From the IMG/VR virus record IMGVR_UViG_3300027365_000012: a DNA stretch of 64,000 nucleotides, one strand, 5' to 3'. Shown piece by piece: positions 18,409-28,631 of this stretch. Numbering within the stretch: position 1 is the first letter of the stretch; each line of letters opens with the position of its first letter. This DNA comes from an uncultured virus (IMG/VR IMGVR_UViG_3300027365_000012). Its lineage: Duplodnaviria; Heunggongvirae; Uroviricota; Caudoviricetes. The notes beneath the pieces were generated by a model that worked only from the letters and a program-made list of their open reading frames with translations, did not search any database and was not told where the DNA came from. The position numbers were made by a program, and so were the translations under genes.

Positions 18409-18636
18409 ATGCGAAACGCTGACCCGGTTGACGAAGCCGCTGACGTTGCCGTTGAGAACCTCGAGCGCGACATCGAACGGGCCCTCATGAGCGCCCCTGC
18501 CCCGCTCCCGCCGAAGGGCTTCTGCTACTACTGCGACGAGTCACTGCCAGGCGGCCTGCGGTTCTGCGACGAATTCTGCCGCGGGGACTACGACTACCTC
18601 ATGACCCGGAGAAAGGTCAATGGCATCAAGCCTTAG
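18409..18636 (+). CDS. TraR/DksA-like C4 zinc-finger protein
   Basis: DPVDEA (DxxDxA) motif and CYYC...CDEFC. Confidence 0.65.
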   Translation: MRNADPVDEAADVAVENLERDIERALMSAPAPLPPKGFCYYCDESLPGGLRFCDEFCRGDYDYLMTRRKVNGIKP

Positions 18637-20254
18637 CGATCTGATGCTCGCCAGCGGGGTGACCAACTACCCCGTCTGGTTCGATAAGGTGCAGCTGCCG
18701 TTCTGGCCGATGCCGCACCAAATGGAACAGGTGAAGCTCTACGCACGGAACATGAGGTTCCTAGATGCCGGGGACCCGGGCGTCGGCAAAAGTTTTCCAG
18801 CGCAAATTCACGCGGTACTGATGGCGGCCTTGGGAAACAAGGTCGTCTTCTCGATGCCGCCGAAGCTGATCGTCCAGTTCTACGAGGAGCTGAAGGACTT
18901 CTTCGTCGGCATCGACAACCACCTGAAAGTCGCTCATCTGGATGTGCCGGCCACGCAGAAGAAGAAGCTGATCGATCAGTGGGATGCCACCGGTTGGCCT
19001 GACATCTTGATCATGTCCTACGACATCTACAGGGTGCTCAACGACCGATCCCCGACCAAGGCGATCGGCCAGAACCTCTGGTTCAGGGAAGACGGCAGCC
19101 CCTACTTCAAGGCCGCCGGAGAGCCATACGACCGAACGGCCAAGCCCTTTACAAAGGACGGCCGGGAGATCAATAAGCGCGGCCGCGCGCGAAACCTATT
19201 CCAGTTCAAGCTCAAGAGGTCAGGTTACAACGTGCTCTTCTTCGACGAGGCCCACGCGCTGTGCGGGACCGACTCGATCCTTTCGACCTCAGTCGCCGAG
19301 ATGAGCGCCCAGCTCGGCGACGAGGTGGCTGTCTACCTGATGACGGGTACCCCGGTCCCTACGCACCTCGAGGACGTCTACGGAATCATCCGTCTGATCA
19401 ACCCTGGTGCGTACAGGAACAAGGCCGCGTTTGAGCGCCAACACTGCGAGATCCAGACCTTCTCTGTGAAAAACGGCAAGAAGGAGGTCAAGGTCAAGAA
19501 GGTCGTCGGGTACCAGAACACCGAGAAGGTCTACCAGGCACTGTACAAGAATGCCCGCCGCGTCCAGAAGCGCGATGTGATCAACATGCCTGACCCCCTG
19601 GTCACCCAGCTCAAGGTCCACCTTTCGGGCGCCCACAGGAAGCTCTACAAGAAGATCATCAACGACCGGTTCGCCATCCTCGGAGACAAGGTCCTGATGC
19701 CTGACAACCAGAGCGCATTGCGGCACCTGGCCCTGCAGTTGATCAGCTGTCCGGATGAGTTCGATCAGAGCCTCAGCATGGAGAACGACCTGGCCAAGGC
19801 CTGCGACACGCTGCTGGACAGCATCAACCCTGACAACCACAAGGTCATCATCTTCGCTTACTACAAGCGGACGATCGACTTCCTGGCGAAGCGCTACGCG
19901 CACTGGAACCCTGCGGTGCTGTACGGCGGCTCCGATCGCGGCCAGGTGGAGAAGTTCAAGACAGATGCGAGCTGCCGGATCTTCGTCATCAACTGGATTG
20001 CTGGAGGTGCCGGCCTGAACCTGCAGTGCGCCTCCCACAGCATCTTCTACGAGTGTCCGACCTCGCCCAAGGACGCCAAGCAGGCCATTGCCCGCACCGA
20101 CCGCAAGGGCCAGGAGAACATCGTGAACGTCTACTTCCTGCGGGTCGTGGGAACCCTACTCGACAGGAACTTCAAGAACCTCCTCAAAAACGAGGAGGAA
20201 AACAACCAGATCGTGCGGGATCGGAAAGATCTGTTGCACGAGCTGCTCCACTGA
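18620..20254 (+). CDS. SNF2-like SF2 helicase
   Basis: DPGVGKS, FDEAH, MTGTP, GGAGLNLQ, QAIARTDRKGQ. Confidence 0.88.
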   Translation: MASSLSDLMLASGVTNYPVWFDKVQLPFWPMPHQMEQVKLYARNMRFLDAGDPGVGKSFPAQIHAVLMAALGNKVVFSMPPKLIVQFYEELKDFFVGIDNHLKVAHLDVPATQKKKLIDQWDATGWPDILIMSYDIYRVLNDRSPTKAIGQNLWFREDGSPYFKAAGEPYDRTAKPFTKDGREINKRGRARNLFQFKLKRSGYNVLFFDEAHALCGTDSILSTSVAEMSAQLGDEVAVYLMTGTPVPTHLEDVYGIIRLINPGAYRNKAAFERQHCEIQTFSVKNGKKEVKVKKVVGYQNTEKVYQALYKNARRVQKRDVINMPDPLVTQLKVHLSGAHRKLYKKIINDRFAILGDKVLMPDNQSALRHLALQLISCPDEFDQSLSMENDLAKACDTLLDSINPDNHKVIIFAYYKRTIDFLAKRYAHWNPAVLYGGSDRGQVEKFKTDASCRIFVINWIAGGAGLNLQCASHSIFYECPTSPKDAKQAIARTDRKGQENIVNVYFLRVVGTLLDRNFKNLLKNEEENNQIVRDRKDLLHELLH

Positions 20255-20270
20255 GGCGTCCGCCTCATTG

Positions 20271-20299
20271 TTGACGGCCTGGGAATCGGCCTGTATAAA
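20271..20299 (+). promoter_or_regulatory. sigma70 promoter overlapped by an operator array
   Basis: TTGACG-N17-TATAAA. Confidence 0.65.
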
Positions 20300-20375
20300 G
20301 CAAGGCCCGTATTGCTGTATTTATGTAGATACAGCACATCGGAACCCATACCGACACTGTAAAAGGATCCTGACC

Positions 20376-21200
20376 ATGGCACTCATGCGCCCCCAAGTTG
20401 CACAAACCGAAGTCAACACTGAAGCCCAGGAAGAAAAACTGAACCAGGCCGGTGTACAAGCCACAGCAGCCGAAGTCCCAGCCGAGGCAGAAACCGTATC
20501 CGCTGCCGCCGCGGTTGAAACCAGCGAGCCGATGACCGAGCAGGGTGTCGCCGCAACTCAGGCTGTGGCCGTCGCTGAACCCGCTGAGCAGAAGGCCGTG
20601 TCGGTCACTGAGCAGCGCACCAACGCAATGGCACAGTTCTCTCAGGAGCAGGCCGCGGCCGGCTTCGAGGGCCTCGACCTCACCGGCATGTCCTTCGACC
20701 GCGTCAAGATGCACGAAGGCAAGTTCCTGCTGGGTAGCGAGGAAGCTGAGCTTGGAACCGAGTTCGACTGCGTGATCCACAACACCCGCCGCCTGTACGT
20801 TGTTCGCCAGAGCACCGACCAGGACGCCGAGTCCTACTACTCCTACGACTCCACCGGTGCCACCTTCACCGACGGCAGCTCGGCTACCGAGAAGCTGCAG
20901 GAGTGGCTGGACGAGGGCTACGGCGGTGAAGACGCCCCGCTCGACATCAAGGAATACCTCGAGGCCATGGCCACGCTGGTCAACCGCGACGACGAGTACG
21001 ACCAGCAGATGGTCATGCTGAGCATCCCGCCGGCCTCCAAGGCCCGCCTCGCCGGCGCAGCTGCCCAGGCCTACACCAAGATGCGCGGCGCCCGCCTGGA
21101 CCAGGTGGTGACCCAGTGCCAGGTCGGCAAGAAGGTTGGCGAAGGCACCAAGGCGTTCCGCCCGTGGGTCTTCAAGATCACCAGCCGCTACGAAGGCTGA
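20376..21200 (+). CDS. hypothetical replication protein (possible ssDNA-binding protein)
   Basis: Strong codon bias, own promoter and terminator, acidic; function inferred from context only. Confidence 0.6.
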   Translation: MALMRPQVAQTEVNTEAQEEKLNQAGVQATAAEVPAEAETVSAAAAVETSEPMTEQGVAATQAVAVAEPAEQKAVSVTEQRTNAMAQFSQEQAAAGFEGLDLTGMSFDRVKMHEGKFLLGSEEAELGTEFDCVIHNTRRLYVVRQSTDQDAESYYSYDSTGATFTDGSSATEKLQEWLDEGYGGEDAPLDIKEYLEAMATLVNRDDEYDQQMVMLSIPPASKARLAGAAAQAYTKMRGARLDQVVTQCQVGKKVGEGTKAFRPWVFKITSRYEG

Positions 21201-21217
21201 TTGACCGGTCGTAGCTC

Positions 21218-21254
21218 AAAAGCCGCCGGGGCGTAAAAGCCCGGCGGCTTTTTT
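21218..21254 (+). terminator. intrinsic terminator (bidirectional-type)
   Basis: AAAAGCCGCCGGG-loop-CCCGGCGGCTTTTTT. Confidence 0.85.
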
Positions 21255-21295
21255 ACCAAGGCATAACCTGTATTTACAGGGATAAAGGAAAGAGC

Positions 21296-21526
21296 ATGGA
21301 CAATCAACACAAGAAGATTACCGGATACCGCGACCTCACCCAGTCAGAAATCGACGGTATGAATTCCATCAAGTCGCTGGAAGCCGACGTTGGCAACCTG
21401 TTCAAGCAGATTGGCGAAATCGAAGGCGTGGACCCACGACTCCTCTCGCTGGCCAAGACTAACTTGCAACAAGGCTTCATGTGGTTTGTTCGCTCAATCG
21501 CCAAACCTGCAGACCCCTTCGCATGA
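21296..21526 (+). CDS. acb2: Acb2 anti-CBASS cyclic-oligonucleotide sponge
   Basis: MDNQHKKITGYRDLTQSEID.MN..K...LAKTNLQQGFMWFVRSIAKP closely matches the Pseudomonas-phage Acb2 pattern. Confidence 0.85.
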   Translation: MDNQHKKITGYRDLTQSEIDGMNSIKSLEADVGNLFKQIGEIEGVDPRLLSLAKTNLQQGFMWFVRSIAKPADPFA

Positions 21527-21536
21527 GGTCGCGGGC

Positions 21537-22172
21537 ATGAAAGCCGAGTTCATCTCAAACATGGGCAGCGACGGCACCGTCTGTGATGCCGCCCGCGTCA
21601 GCTTCGACAAGGCCGCCAGCAACTACACGGCGGACCAAAACGCCCGCCTGATCAAGTACCTGGCCTCCCACGGCCACTTCACACCGTTCACCCACCCGCA
21701 GATCACGCTGCGCTACACCGTGCCGATCTTCGTGGCCAGGCAGGAGTTCAAGCACATCGTGGGGTTCACCCGTAACGAGGTGAGCCGCCGGTATGTAGAT
21801 GACGCCCCTGAGTTCTTCACTCCGGAGGTTTGGCGCAGCCGCCCCGAAGGCAGCGTGAAGCAGGGCAGCGGCGATGTTCATCCGAACAGCGATCAGTTCC
21901 ACCAGGAGTACCGCCACGCTCTGCACGCTTGCTTCGACTGCTACCAGTCGATGATCGAAGAAGGTGTTGCCCCAGAACTGGCTCGGATGGTCCTGCCGCA
22001 GTCGATGTACACCAGCTACTACGTCACCGGCAGCCTCGCGGCGTTTGCGCGCTTCTACAACCAGCGCAGCGACAGCCACGCCCAGGTCGAGATCCAGCAG
22101 TTGGCCGAGCAGGTCAACAAGATCATCGCCCCGTTGTATCCAGTTTCGTGGGCTGCTCTCACCGGCAAATGA
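21537..22172 (+). CDS. thyX: flavin-dependent thymidylate synthase
   Basis: AARVSF, HFTPFTH, PIFVARQ, NEVSRRY, APELARMVLP, HAQVEI. Confidence 0.93.
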   Translation: MKAEFISNMGSDGTVCDAARVSFDKAASNYTADQNARLIKYLASHGHFTPFTHPQITLRYTVPIFVARQEFKHIVGFTRNEVSRRYVDDAPEFFTPEVWRSRPEGSVKQGSGDVHPNSDQFHQEYRHALHACFDCYQSMIEEGVAPELARMVLPQSMYTSYYVTGSLAAFARFYNQRSDSHAQVEIQQLAEQVNKIIAPLYPVSWAALTGK

Positions 22173-22218
22173 ATCCCTCCTGGCACGAGGGGTGCCGGGA
22201 AAATAGAAGCGAAGAAAA

Positions 22219-23229
22219 ATGCCACTAAGTCAGATCGAAACCCCCACCGACTCATACGTTGCCCGGTACCCCTGGGCGACAGAGATGGCCATCGAACAGC
22301 AGTCGATCTTCTGGCCCGCCGAGGAGCTCGGCGTGGAGCGCGATGAGAACGACTTCCGCACCCTGCTCAACGAGGCCGAGCTACACGGCGTCCTGACTGC
22401 TCAGTCGATCCTGACGCAGTACGAGCTGATGATCGGAGGCGATGAGCTATGGGGCGGCAAGATTGCCCGGTTGTTCCCGCGGCCAGAAATCCAGCGGATG
22501 TGCGCCTGCTTCGCCAACGTCGAGCTGGGCAGCCACGCCCCGTTCTACGACCTGGCCAACAGGGTGCTCGGCAAGGCCACCGACGAGTTCTATGAGCAGT
22601 GGAAAACTGACCCAGTTCTGGCCGAGCGCATCGCATTCGTCAACGAGTGCACAGCCAGCGATGACGCCCTGGAGGTCACTGCAGCGTTGGCCTTCCTGGA
22701 GGGTTCCGTGCTGTTCAGCGCGTTCGGCTACTTCAAGGGCTTCAACAGCCGCGGCTTCAACATGATCTCGCACTTCGTCTCCGGCATCGACGGCAGTGCC
22801 AAGGACGAGAACTTCCACTCGATCGCATCGGCCCGCCTGTTTCGCCAGTGCAAAGCCGAGCGAATCGCCGCCGGCAACCACAGTCCTGAGCAGGACGCGA
22901 AGCTGCGAGAGAAGATCCTCTGGATGGCGAAGGTGGTTTGGGAGCATGAGCAGCTGATCACCCGCAAGCTGTTCAAGATCCCCGGCAACCGAGTCGTCAC
23001 CGAAGAAGAGCTGCTCTCCTTCAACCAGGACCGCATCGACATCGTCCTCACCCGGCTGGAGATGCCGCCGATGTTTGGCCACGAGAAAGGTGTGATTTCC
23101 GGTTGGTTCTACCAGCAGCTGTCGACCGTCAAGGTGCCGGACTTCTTCGCCAACACCCAGCTGCAGTACACCCGCAACTGGGCTCGACATCTCCTCACCT
23201 TCCGCCCGGAGCTAGCCCATGGCGTTTGA
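22219..23229 (+). CDS. nrdB: class I ribonucleotide reductase beta subunit
   Basis: FWPAEE, ELGSHAPFY, LEGSVLFSAF, DENFH, DFF...Y C-terminus. Confidence 0.88.
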   Translation: MPLSQIETPTDSYVARYPWATEMAIEQQSIFWPAEELGVERDENDFRTLLNEAELHGVLTAQSILTQYELMIGGDELWGGKIARLFPRPEIQRMCACFANVELGSHAPFYDLANRVLGKATDEFYEQWKTDPVLAERIAFVNECTASDDALEVTAALAFLEGSVLFSAFGYFKGFNSRGFNMISHFVSGIDGSAKDENFHSIASARLFRQCKAERIAAGNHSPEQDAKLREKILWMAKVVWEHEQLITRKLFKIPGNRVVTEEELLSFNQDRIDIVLTRLEMPPMFGHEKGVISGWFYQQLSTVKVPDFFANTQLQYTRNWARHLLTFRPELAHGV

Positions 23230-24949
23230 AATTACAGGCGGCGCGGACGACGCCACCATCCAGAAATTCGAGCAGCTCTCCCTAGAGCGCAAACAGCTGC
23301 AAGAGCGGGGACTGCTGCCAAGCTGGTACACCACCCAGGCCTGGCAGATGTTCAAGCAGAAATACGCCGTACCTGGTGAGGACGCCGTCCGCGGCCGGCA
23401 CCGCACGATCGCCAAGACGCTGGCCCGTCACATGAAAGGCCGAGAGGCCGAGTGGGAAGAGCTGTTCTTCAGCGAGATGTGGGACGGCATCCTCTCCCCC
23501 TCCAGTCCGGCGCTGGCGAATACCGGCACTGACCGCGGCATGATGGTCGCCTGTTCAGGTCAGGTGATAGATGACAGCGTGGACGGCTTCTACACCGCCA
23601 TGCGAGAAACCGCATTGCTGTCGAAGTGGGGTTTCGGTACCAGCGCTGACTTCAGCGGCATCCGGCCGCGCGGCACGCCGATCAGCAAAGGTGGCAAGGC
23701 CAGCGGCGCCGTGGAGGTCATCAACGACTTCTTCACCACCGCCGGCAAGATCAGCCAAGGAGGCGCCCGCCGCGGCTCCATCGGCGCCTACCTCGACATC
23801 GAGCACGGCGATTGGGACGAGGCGTGCGACTCGCTAGCCGCTGAGCCCAACGGCAAGAATTACGGCTGGATCATTCGTGACAGCTTCGTCGAGAAGCTGA
23901 AGGCCGGCGATGAAGACGCCAACCGACGCTGGACCAAGGCGCTCTACACCAAGCTGATTACCGGCAAGGGTTACGTCTTCTGCATCGACAAAGCGAACCG
24001 CCATCGCCCGCAGATGTACAAGGACTGGGGTCTCGACATCAAGGCCACCAACCTGTGCAACGAGATCATGCTGCACAGCTCGGACGATCTGACCTACAGC
24101 TGCATCCTGGCTTCGCTGAACCTGGTGCATTGGGACCGTATCAAGAACAGCGAGTCGGTCTTCATCGCTACCGTGTTCCTCGACTGCCTGTGCCAGGAGT
24201 TCATCGAGAAGAGTGCCGGCGTAGCAGGCCTGGAGAAGGTGCGCGAGTTCACCATCCGGGGCCGCGCCATCGGCCTGGGCGTCATGGGCTTCCACACCTA
24301 CCTGCAGTCGCAGGGCATCCCGTACATCGGCCTGGAGGCGCAGTTCCTCTCGACCGAGATCGCCAAACACCTGCATGACGAGTCACTGCGCGCTAGCCAG
24401 TGGCTGGCCCAGGAGTATGGCGAGCCGATGTGGTGCGAGGGCTACGGTGTCCGCAACACCCACCGCACAGCCTACGCACCGACCAAGACCACCAGCCTGC
24501 TCATGGGCGGCGTCAGCGAGTCCTGGTTCCCGGACCCTGGCATGGTCTTCGACGCTGGATCGTCCGTAGGCGAACTTCGCCGCATCCCGCCGGTGTTCTA
24601 CGAGCTGATGAAGGCCAAGGGCGTCTACAGTGAGCAGACCATCCAGGACATCATCGATCACCTGGGCAGCGTCCAGCACGTTGACTGGCTGACCGATGAG
24701 GAAAAGCTGGTGTACCTCAACGCTTTCGAGATGGACCAGCGAATCCTGCTGCGCCATGCGAGCCAGCGCCAAAAGCACACCTGCCAAGGCCAAAGCCTGA
24801 ACTTCTATGTTCCGGAAGACGGCTCCGAGGATCTGATCGCCGAGCTGATGACCATGGTCCTGCTCGATGAAAACATCCTCAGCCAGTATTACATCTACTC
24901 CCGCTCTGGGATCGTAGTTAAAGACGAGTGCGTGGCCTGCGCGGCCTAA
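23219..24949 (+). CDS. nrdA: class I ribonucleotide reductase alpha subunit (short, no obvious ATP cone)
   Basis: SPALAN, TNLCNEI, IGLGVMG, APT, C-terminal CVAC. Confidence 0.9.
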   Translation: MAFEITGGADDATIQKFEQLSLERKQLQERGLLPSWYTTQAWQMFKQKYAVPGEDAVRGRHRTIAKTLARHMKGREAEWEELFFSEMWDGILSPSSPALANTGTDRGMMVACSGQVIDDSVDGFYTAMRETALLSKWGFGTSADFSGIRPRGTPISKGGKASGAVEVINDFFTTAGKISQGGARRGSIGAYLDIEHGDWDEACDSLAAEPNGKNYGWIIRDSFVEKLKAGDEDANRRWTKALYTKLITGKGYVFCIDKANRHRPQMYKDWGLDIKATNLCNEIMLHSSDDLTYSCILASLNLVHWDRIKNSESVFIATVFLDCLCQEFIEKSAGVAGLEKVREFTIRGRAIGLGVMGFHTYLQSQGIPYIGLEAQFLSTEIAKHLHDESLRASQWLAQEYGEPMWCEGYGVRNTHRTAYAPTKTTSLLMGGVSESWFPDPGMVFDAGSSVGELRRIPPVFYELMKAKGVYSEQTIQDIIDHLGSVQHVDWLTDEEKLVYLNAFEMDQRILLRHASQRQKHTCQGQSLNFYVPEDGSEDLIAELMTMVLLDENILSQYYIYSRSGIVVKDECVACAA

Positions 24950-25010
24950 TTTCAACGCACCTTAACCTGTAATTACGGGCCGGGAATCGCCTGTATTTGA
25001 GGAGTTCACT

Positions 25011-28000
25011 ATGGAAGACAACACTTCCTACGCCATTCTCGACTTCCGCGCCGTGGTCAAGCATGCCTACTACGGCGCGTCTGATCCCGAAGCGATTTTC
25101 TGCGAGGAAACAGGCCGCCGCTTTCCTACCTGGCAGTGCGCAGCTCAAGGGCTGATCAGCCGCTACATCGAGCCGATAATTCAGCAGGGTGGCAGCCCCC
25201 GCACGCTGATCGTCGCCCAGGACATGGGGCGCGACTACCGCTCCGCGATCTTTCCGGAGTACAAGGCGCAGCGCGCCAACGTCGTCAAAAGCCCGATCGA
25301 GGTCGAGCAGTGCAACCTGCTGTTCGACTGGGCCAAGAAGTTCTTTGCGGCGCTGGGCGCCACCCAGATCGGCGTCAAGGGTGTCGAGGCGGACGACGTT
25401 ATTGCCTGGCTGTGCCAGCGCATCACCTACCCGAAGGCGGTATACACGGTCGACGCCGACCTGCTGCAGCTGTGCAACGACTCCACCATCGTATACCTGA
25501 AGAACGAGCCACACTTCGGCGACGGCGAGCACAAGGGCATCCCTTACAAGCTCACCAGCATCGCCAAGTCGATCCTGGGCGACTCCAGCGACAACTACGG
25601 CGGCGTCAAAGGCCTCGGCGAGGCCAAGTTCGCAGCGCTGCTGGAGAACTACGGCGTGGATGGCGTCGAGGAGCTGCGCGACATCGTCGACTCCGGCCGC
25701 ACCGAGCTGCTGGACCAGGTCATCGAGGCCACTGGCGACAAGACCCTGATCAAGCTGCGCGAGCAGTTCGGCGAGTGGCGCACCATGTGGCGCCTGGCCA
25801 ACCTGCACCCCGAATTGTGCTGGAAACCGCGAGCCAAGAAGCTGATCACCCCGCTGATCCACAAGCGCATCCCGAACGCCCAGCAGCTGTTCGGACTGCT
25901 GAAAGCCGTCGGCGCCGAGGACTTGTGGGACACCGTCTTCGCCTCGGTAATGCCAAGCCAGATCCAGATCACTAGCCTCAACTGGCCGGAGATGCGCACT
26001 GCAATTCTGGCCGAGATCGAGGCCGGTGACGTCACCACCTTCGACTACGAGTCGTCCAACAAGGACCCGATCCCAGAGTTCGCCCAGGCTTCCACTCAGG
26101 GCGACAAGTTCGTTGACGTGCTCAGCCAGGAGCTGACCGGTGCCTCGTTCCAGTTCGGCCGGCACCTGGAGAACGTGATCTACATCCCGGTCGACCACAA
26201 GGACAGCCCGAACCTCCCGAAGGCGGTCATCGCCGAGATCCTCGAACACGCCGCTGCCCACACCCAGCTGGTTGCGCACAACGCCAACTTCGAAGGCGTG
26301 GTCAGCCAGACCAACCTGAACTTGCAGCTCAAGAACGTCCACGACACTCGGCTGATGCAGCGGTATGTCAACGAGAACATGGAAGCCGGCCTCAAGTCGC
26401 TATCGCTCAACTACCTGAACTACGAGCAGGCGACCTACGAGGAAACCTTGGCTGCCGGCAACGGCGGCAAGGGCGCAGCCAACATGAGCGAGCTGACCCT
26501 GGACGAGGTGTTCAGCTATGGCGCCGACGACGCCCAGGTCACCGGCTCGCTGTACGACCTGCTGAAGCTCTTGCTGCAGCTCGACGAGCAATGGGAGTTC
26601 TACCAGCGTTGGGCGGTCAACCCGACCGTCGTCCTGCAGCATGCCTACATCAAGGGCGTGGACATCAACTGGCCGCTGCAGAAGCGCCTGCATGAGCGCG
26701 ACCTGAAGCAGGTCGAGGAAGGGATGGCCGAACTGCGCGCCATCCTGCAGGAGAACGTCACTGGCAACATCACCGAGGGCTGCAAGTCGTTCATCGAAGC
26801 CGAGAAGGACTTCATCTACCGGTCTGCCAAGAAGAAGGCCGACGGCGACACCGAGGTGGCCAAGCAGAAGCTGTATGAGTGGCAGCTCAAGCAGGAGCAG
26901 GCCTGCCAATACGTCCCGTACCGCGAGGAGCGGGTGATGCCGGCGTTCGCGCTGACTGCCAAACAGCTCTCCGCAGCGGCGTTGGCGATCGGCTTACCAG
27001 AGGTCACCAAGGTCACAGCTTCCGGCCTCTCCGAGTACCTGGAGCAGTGTGGTCTGGACGGCGCCGGGGCTGACATGCCGGCGGACCCTCGCCAGGCTGA
27101 GTTCCTGTCGGCGCTGGTCAAGGCCATGGAGCGCGGCGCCCTGAAGCTGAAGCTGCTGGAAACCAAAGCAGAGGACCATAACAGCGACGAGAAAGCCGCC
27201 AAGTCTGCCGAGCAGGCCCGCAAGGCATTCGACCAGTTGGGCGAGGTTGTGCAGCGTCTGGCCGGCGTCGAAGCCAAGGTGATCAAGGTCGGCGACGAGC
27301 TCAACACCGGATCCCCGGTGCAGATGCAGCAGCTGCTCTACTGCAAGATCGGCGTCCCGGTTCGCCTGCGAGGTAAGTCCGCCGGCAAGGGCCGGCTGAT
27401 GGTTGGCATCACCGAGGCTGGCCCGTCCACCGACGAGACCGCCATCGAGACGGCGATCGCCAACGACATCGAGGCGGGCAGCTGGCAGCACAACGCGCTG
27501 CGCGCCCTGCTGAAGGTCAAGTCGGCCAGCACCCGCATCAGCCTGTACCACGACAAGTACCCACTATGGAAACACCGGGACGGCAAGCTGCACCCGTCGT
27601 TCACCGACGCCGGCACCGACACCCGCCGCCCGACCGGCTCCGCGCCGAACGTGTTGCAGGTGTCGAAGAAGGACAAGTCGATGCGCAGCATGTTCGTGCC
27701 GCCGTCGCCTGACCACGTCGTGGTGGCCATCGACTACAACGGTCAGGAGCTGCGCCTGCTGGCTTGCGAGTCGGGCGATCCGGTGATGATCGATGCCTAC
27801 GACCCGGCGGATGAAAAGGACCTGCACAGTGTTACCGGCTCCGGTATCGCCAAGCTGAAAGCCACCAAGCCCGGCGACCAGAAGGAAGACCTGGCGGCAC
27901 TCAGCGAGTTCCAGGCGTTCAACGAGGCTCGCAGTCTCGATGATCACCCGCTGAACAAGCTGGCCTCTGGCATCCGCAAGTCGGCCAAGGGCGTCAACTT

Positions 28001-28631
28001 CGGCCTGGCCTACGGCGCCGGCCCTGCCACCCTCTCCCGCAACCTGATCGTCCCGATCGATGAGGCGAAGGAACTGCTGGATGGCGCGATGACGCTGTAC
28101 GCCCGAATCCCGCAGTGGCAAGAGGAAACCGCGCGGTTCATGGAGAAGAACGGCTTCACGCTGACTGCCTTCGGCACCAAGCGCCACGCCACCGAGGACA
28201 TCTTCGCCAAGGATCACGGCAAGGTCAGCCGCCAGCACCGCCAGGGCACCAACGCGACGATCCAGGGCACTGCCGCAGAGATGCTGCGCATCGTCCTGAC
28301 CAAGATCGTCGAGCGCGGTCTGCTCGACCGCCTGGACATGGTCTTCTTTGCGCCGATCTACGACGAGACGGTCGCCTTCGTCCACAAGGACGACGTCGCC
28401 GAATACTGCCGCGAGATGAACGAGATCATGAGCAGCGCGACACCGCCAGGGCACGCCGTTCCGCAGTGCCCGGAATTCTCCATCGGGCCGACCTGGGGCG
28501 ATGTTCACGAACTTGGCCGGTACCCGGGCGACGAGAAAATCATGGAGGCCGTGGAGCGCAGCCTCGAAGAAGCCAAAGAAATCTGGGCCGAGATCCGCGG
28601 CGCAGAGATGGAAGAGAAGGAGGCTGCATGA
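25011..28631 (+). CDS. polA: family A DNA polymerase with 5'-3' and 3'-5' exonuclease domains
   Basis: EADDVIA and GDSSDNYGGVKGLG (5' nuclease); DYE, HNANFE, YGADD (3' exo); DYNGQELR, RKSAKGVNFGLAYG, YDE (polymerase). Confidence 0.92.
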   Translation: MEDNTSYAILDFRAVVKHAYYGASDPEAIFCEETGRRFPTWQCAAQGLISRYIEPIIQQGGSPRTLIVAQDMGRDYRSAIFPEYKAQRANVVKSPIEVEQCNLLFDWAKKFFAALGATQIGVKGVEADDVIAWLCQRITYPKAVYTVDADLLQLCNDSTIVYLKNEPHFGDGEHKGIPYKLTSIAKSILGDSSDNYGGVKGLGEAKFAALLENYGVDGVEELRDIVDSGRTELLDQVIEATGDKTLIKLREQFGEWRTMWRLANLHPELCWKPRAKKLITPLIHKRIPNAQQLFGLLKAVGAEDLWDTVFASVMPSQIQITSLNWPEMRTAILAEIEAGDVTTFDYESSNKDPIPEFAQASTQGDKFVDVLSQELTGASFQFGRHLENVIYIPVDHKDSPNLPKAVIAEILEHAAAHTQLVAHNANFEGVVSQTNLNLQLKNVHDTRLMQRYVNENMEAGLKSLSLNYLNYEQATYEETLAAGNGGKGAANMSELTLDEVFSYGADDAQVTGSLYDLLKLLLQLDEQWEFYQRWAVNPTVVLQHAYIKGVDINWPLQKRLHERDLKQVEEGMAELRAILQENVTGNITEGCKSFIEAEKDFIYRSAKKKADGDTEVAKQKLYEWQLKQEQACQYVPYREERVMPAFALTAKQLSAAALAIGLPEVTKVTASGLSEYLEQCGLDGAGADMPADPRQAEFLSALVKAMERGALKLKLLETKAEDHNSDEKAAKSAEQARKAFDQLGEVVQRLAGVEAKVIKVGDELNTGSPVQMQQLLYCKIGVPVRLRGKSAGKGRLMVGITEAGPSTDETAIETAIANDIEAGSWQHNALRALLKVKSASTRISLYHDKYPLWKHRDGKLHPSFTDAGTDTRRPTGSAPNVLQVSKKDKSMRSMFVPPSPDHVVVAIDYNGQELRLLACESGDPVMIDAYDPADEKDLHSVTGSGIAKLKATKPGDQKEDLAALSEFQAFNEARSLDDHPLNKLASGIRKSAKGVNFGLAYGAGPATLSRNLIVPIDEAKELLDGAMTLYARIPQWQEETARFMEKNGFTLTAFGTKRHATEDIFAKDHGKVSRQHRQGTNATIQGTAAEMLRIVLTKIVERGLLDRLDMVFFAPIYDETVAFVHKDDVAEYCREMNEIMSSATPPGHAVPQCPEFSIGPTWGDVHELGRYPGDEKIMEAVERSLEEAKEIWAEIRGAEMEEKEAA

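Noticed and set aside
24918..26342. Long antisense ORFs (also 14514-15521, 27564-28508, 34415-35524, 44675-45661, 59219-60325)
   Set aside because: Shadow frames of high-GC3 genes with clear motifs on the opposite strand.
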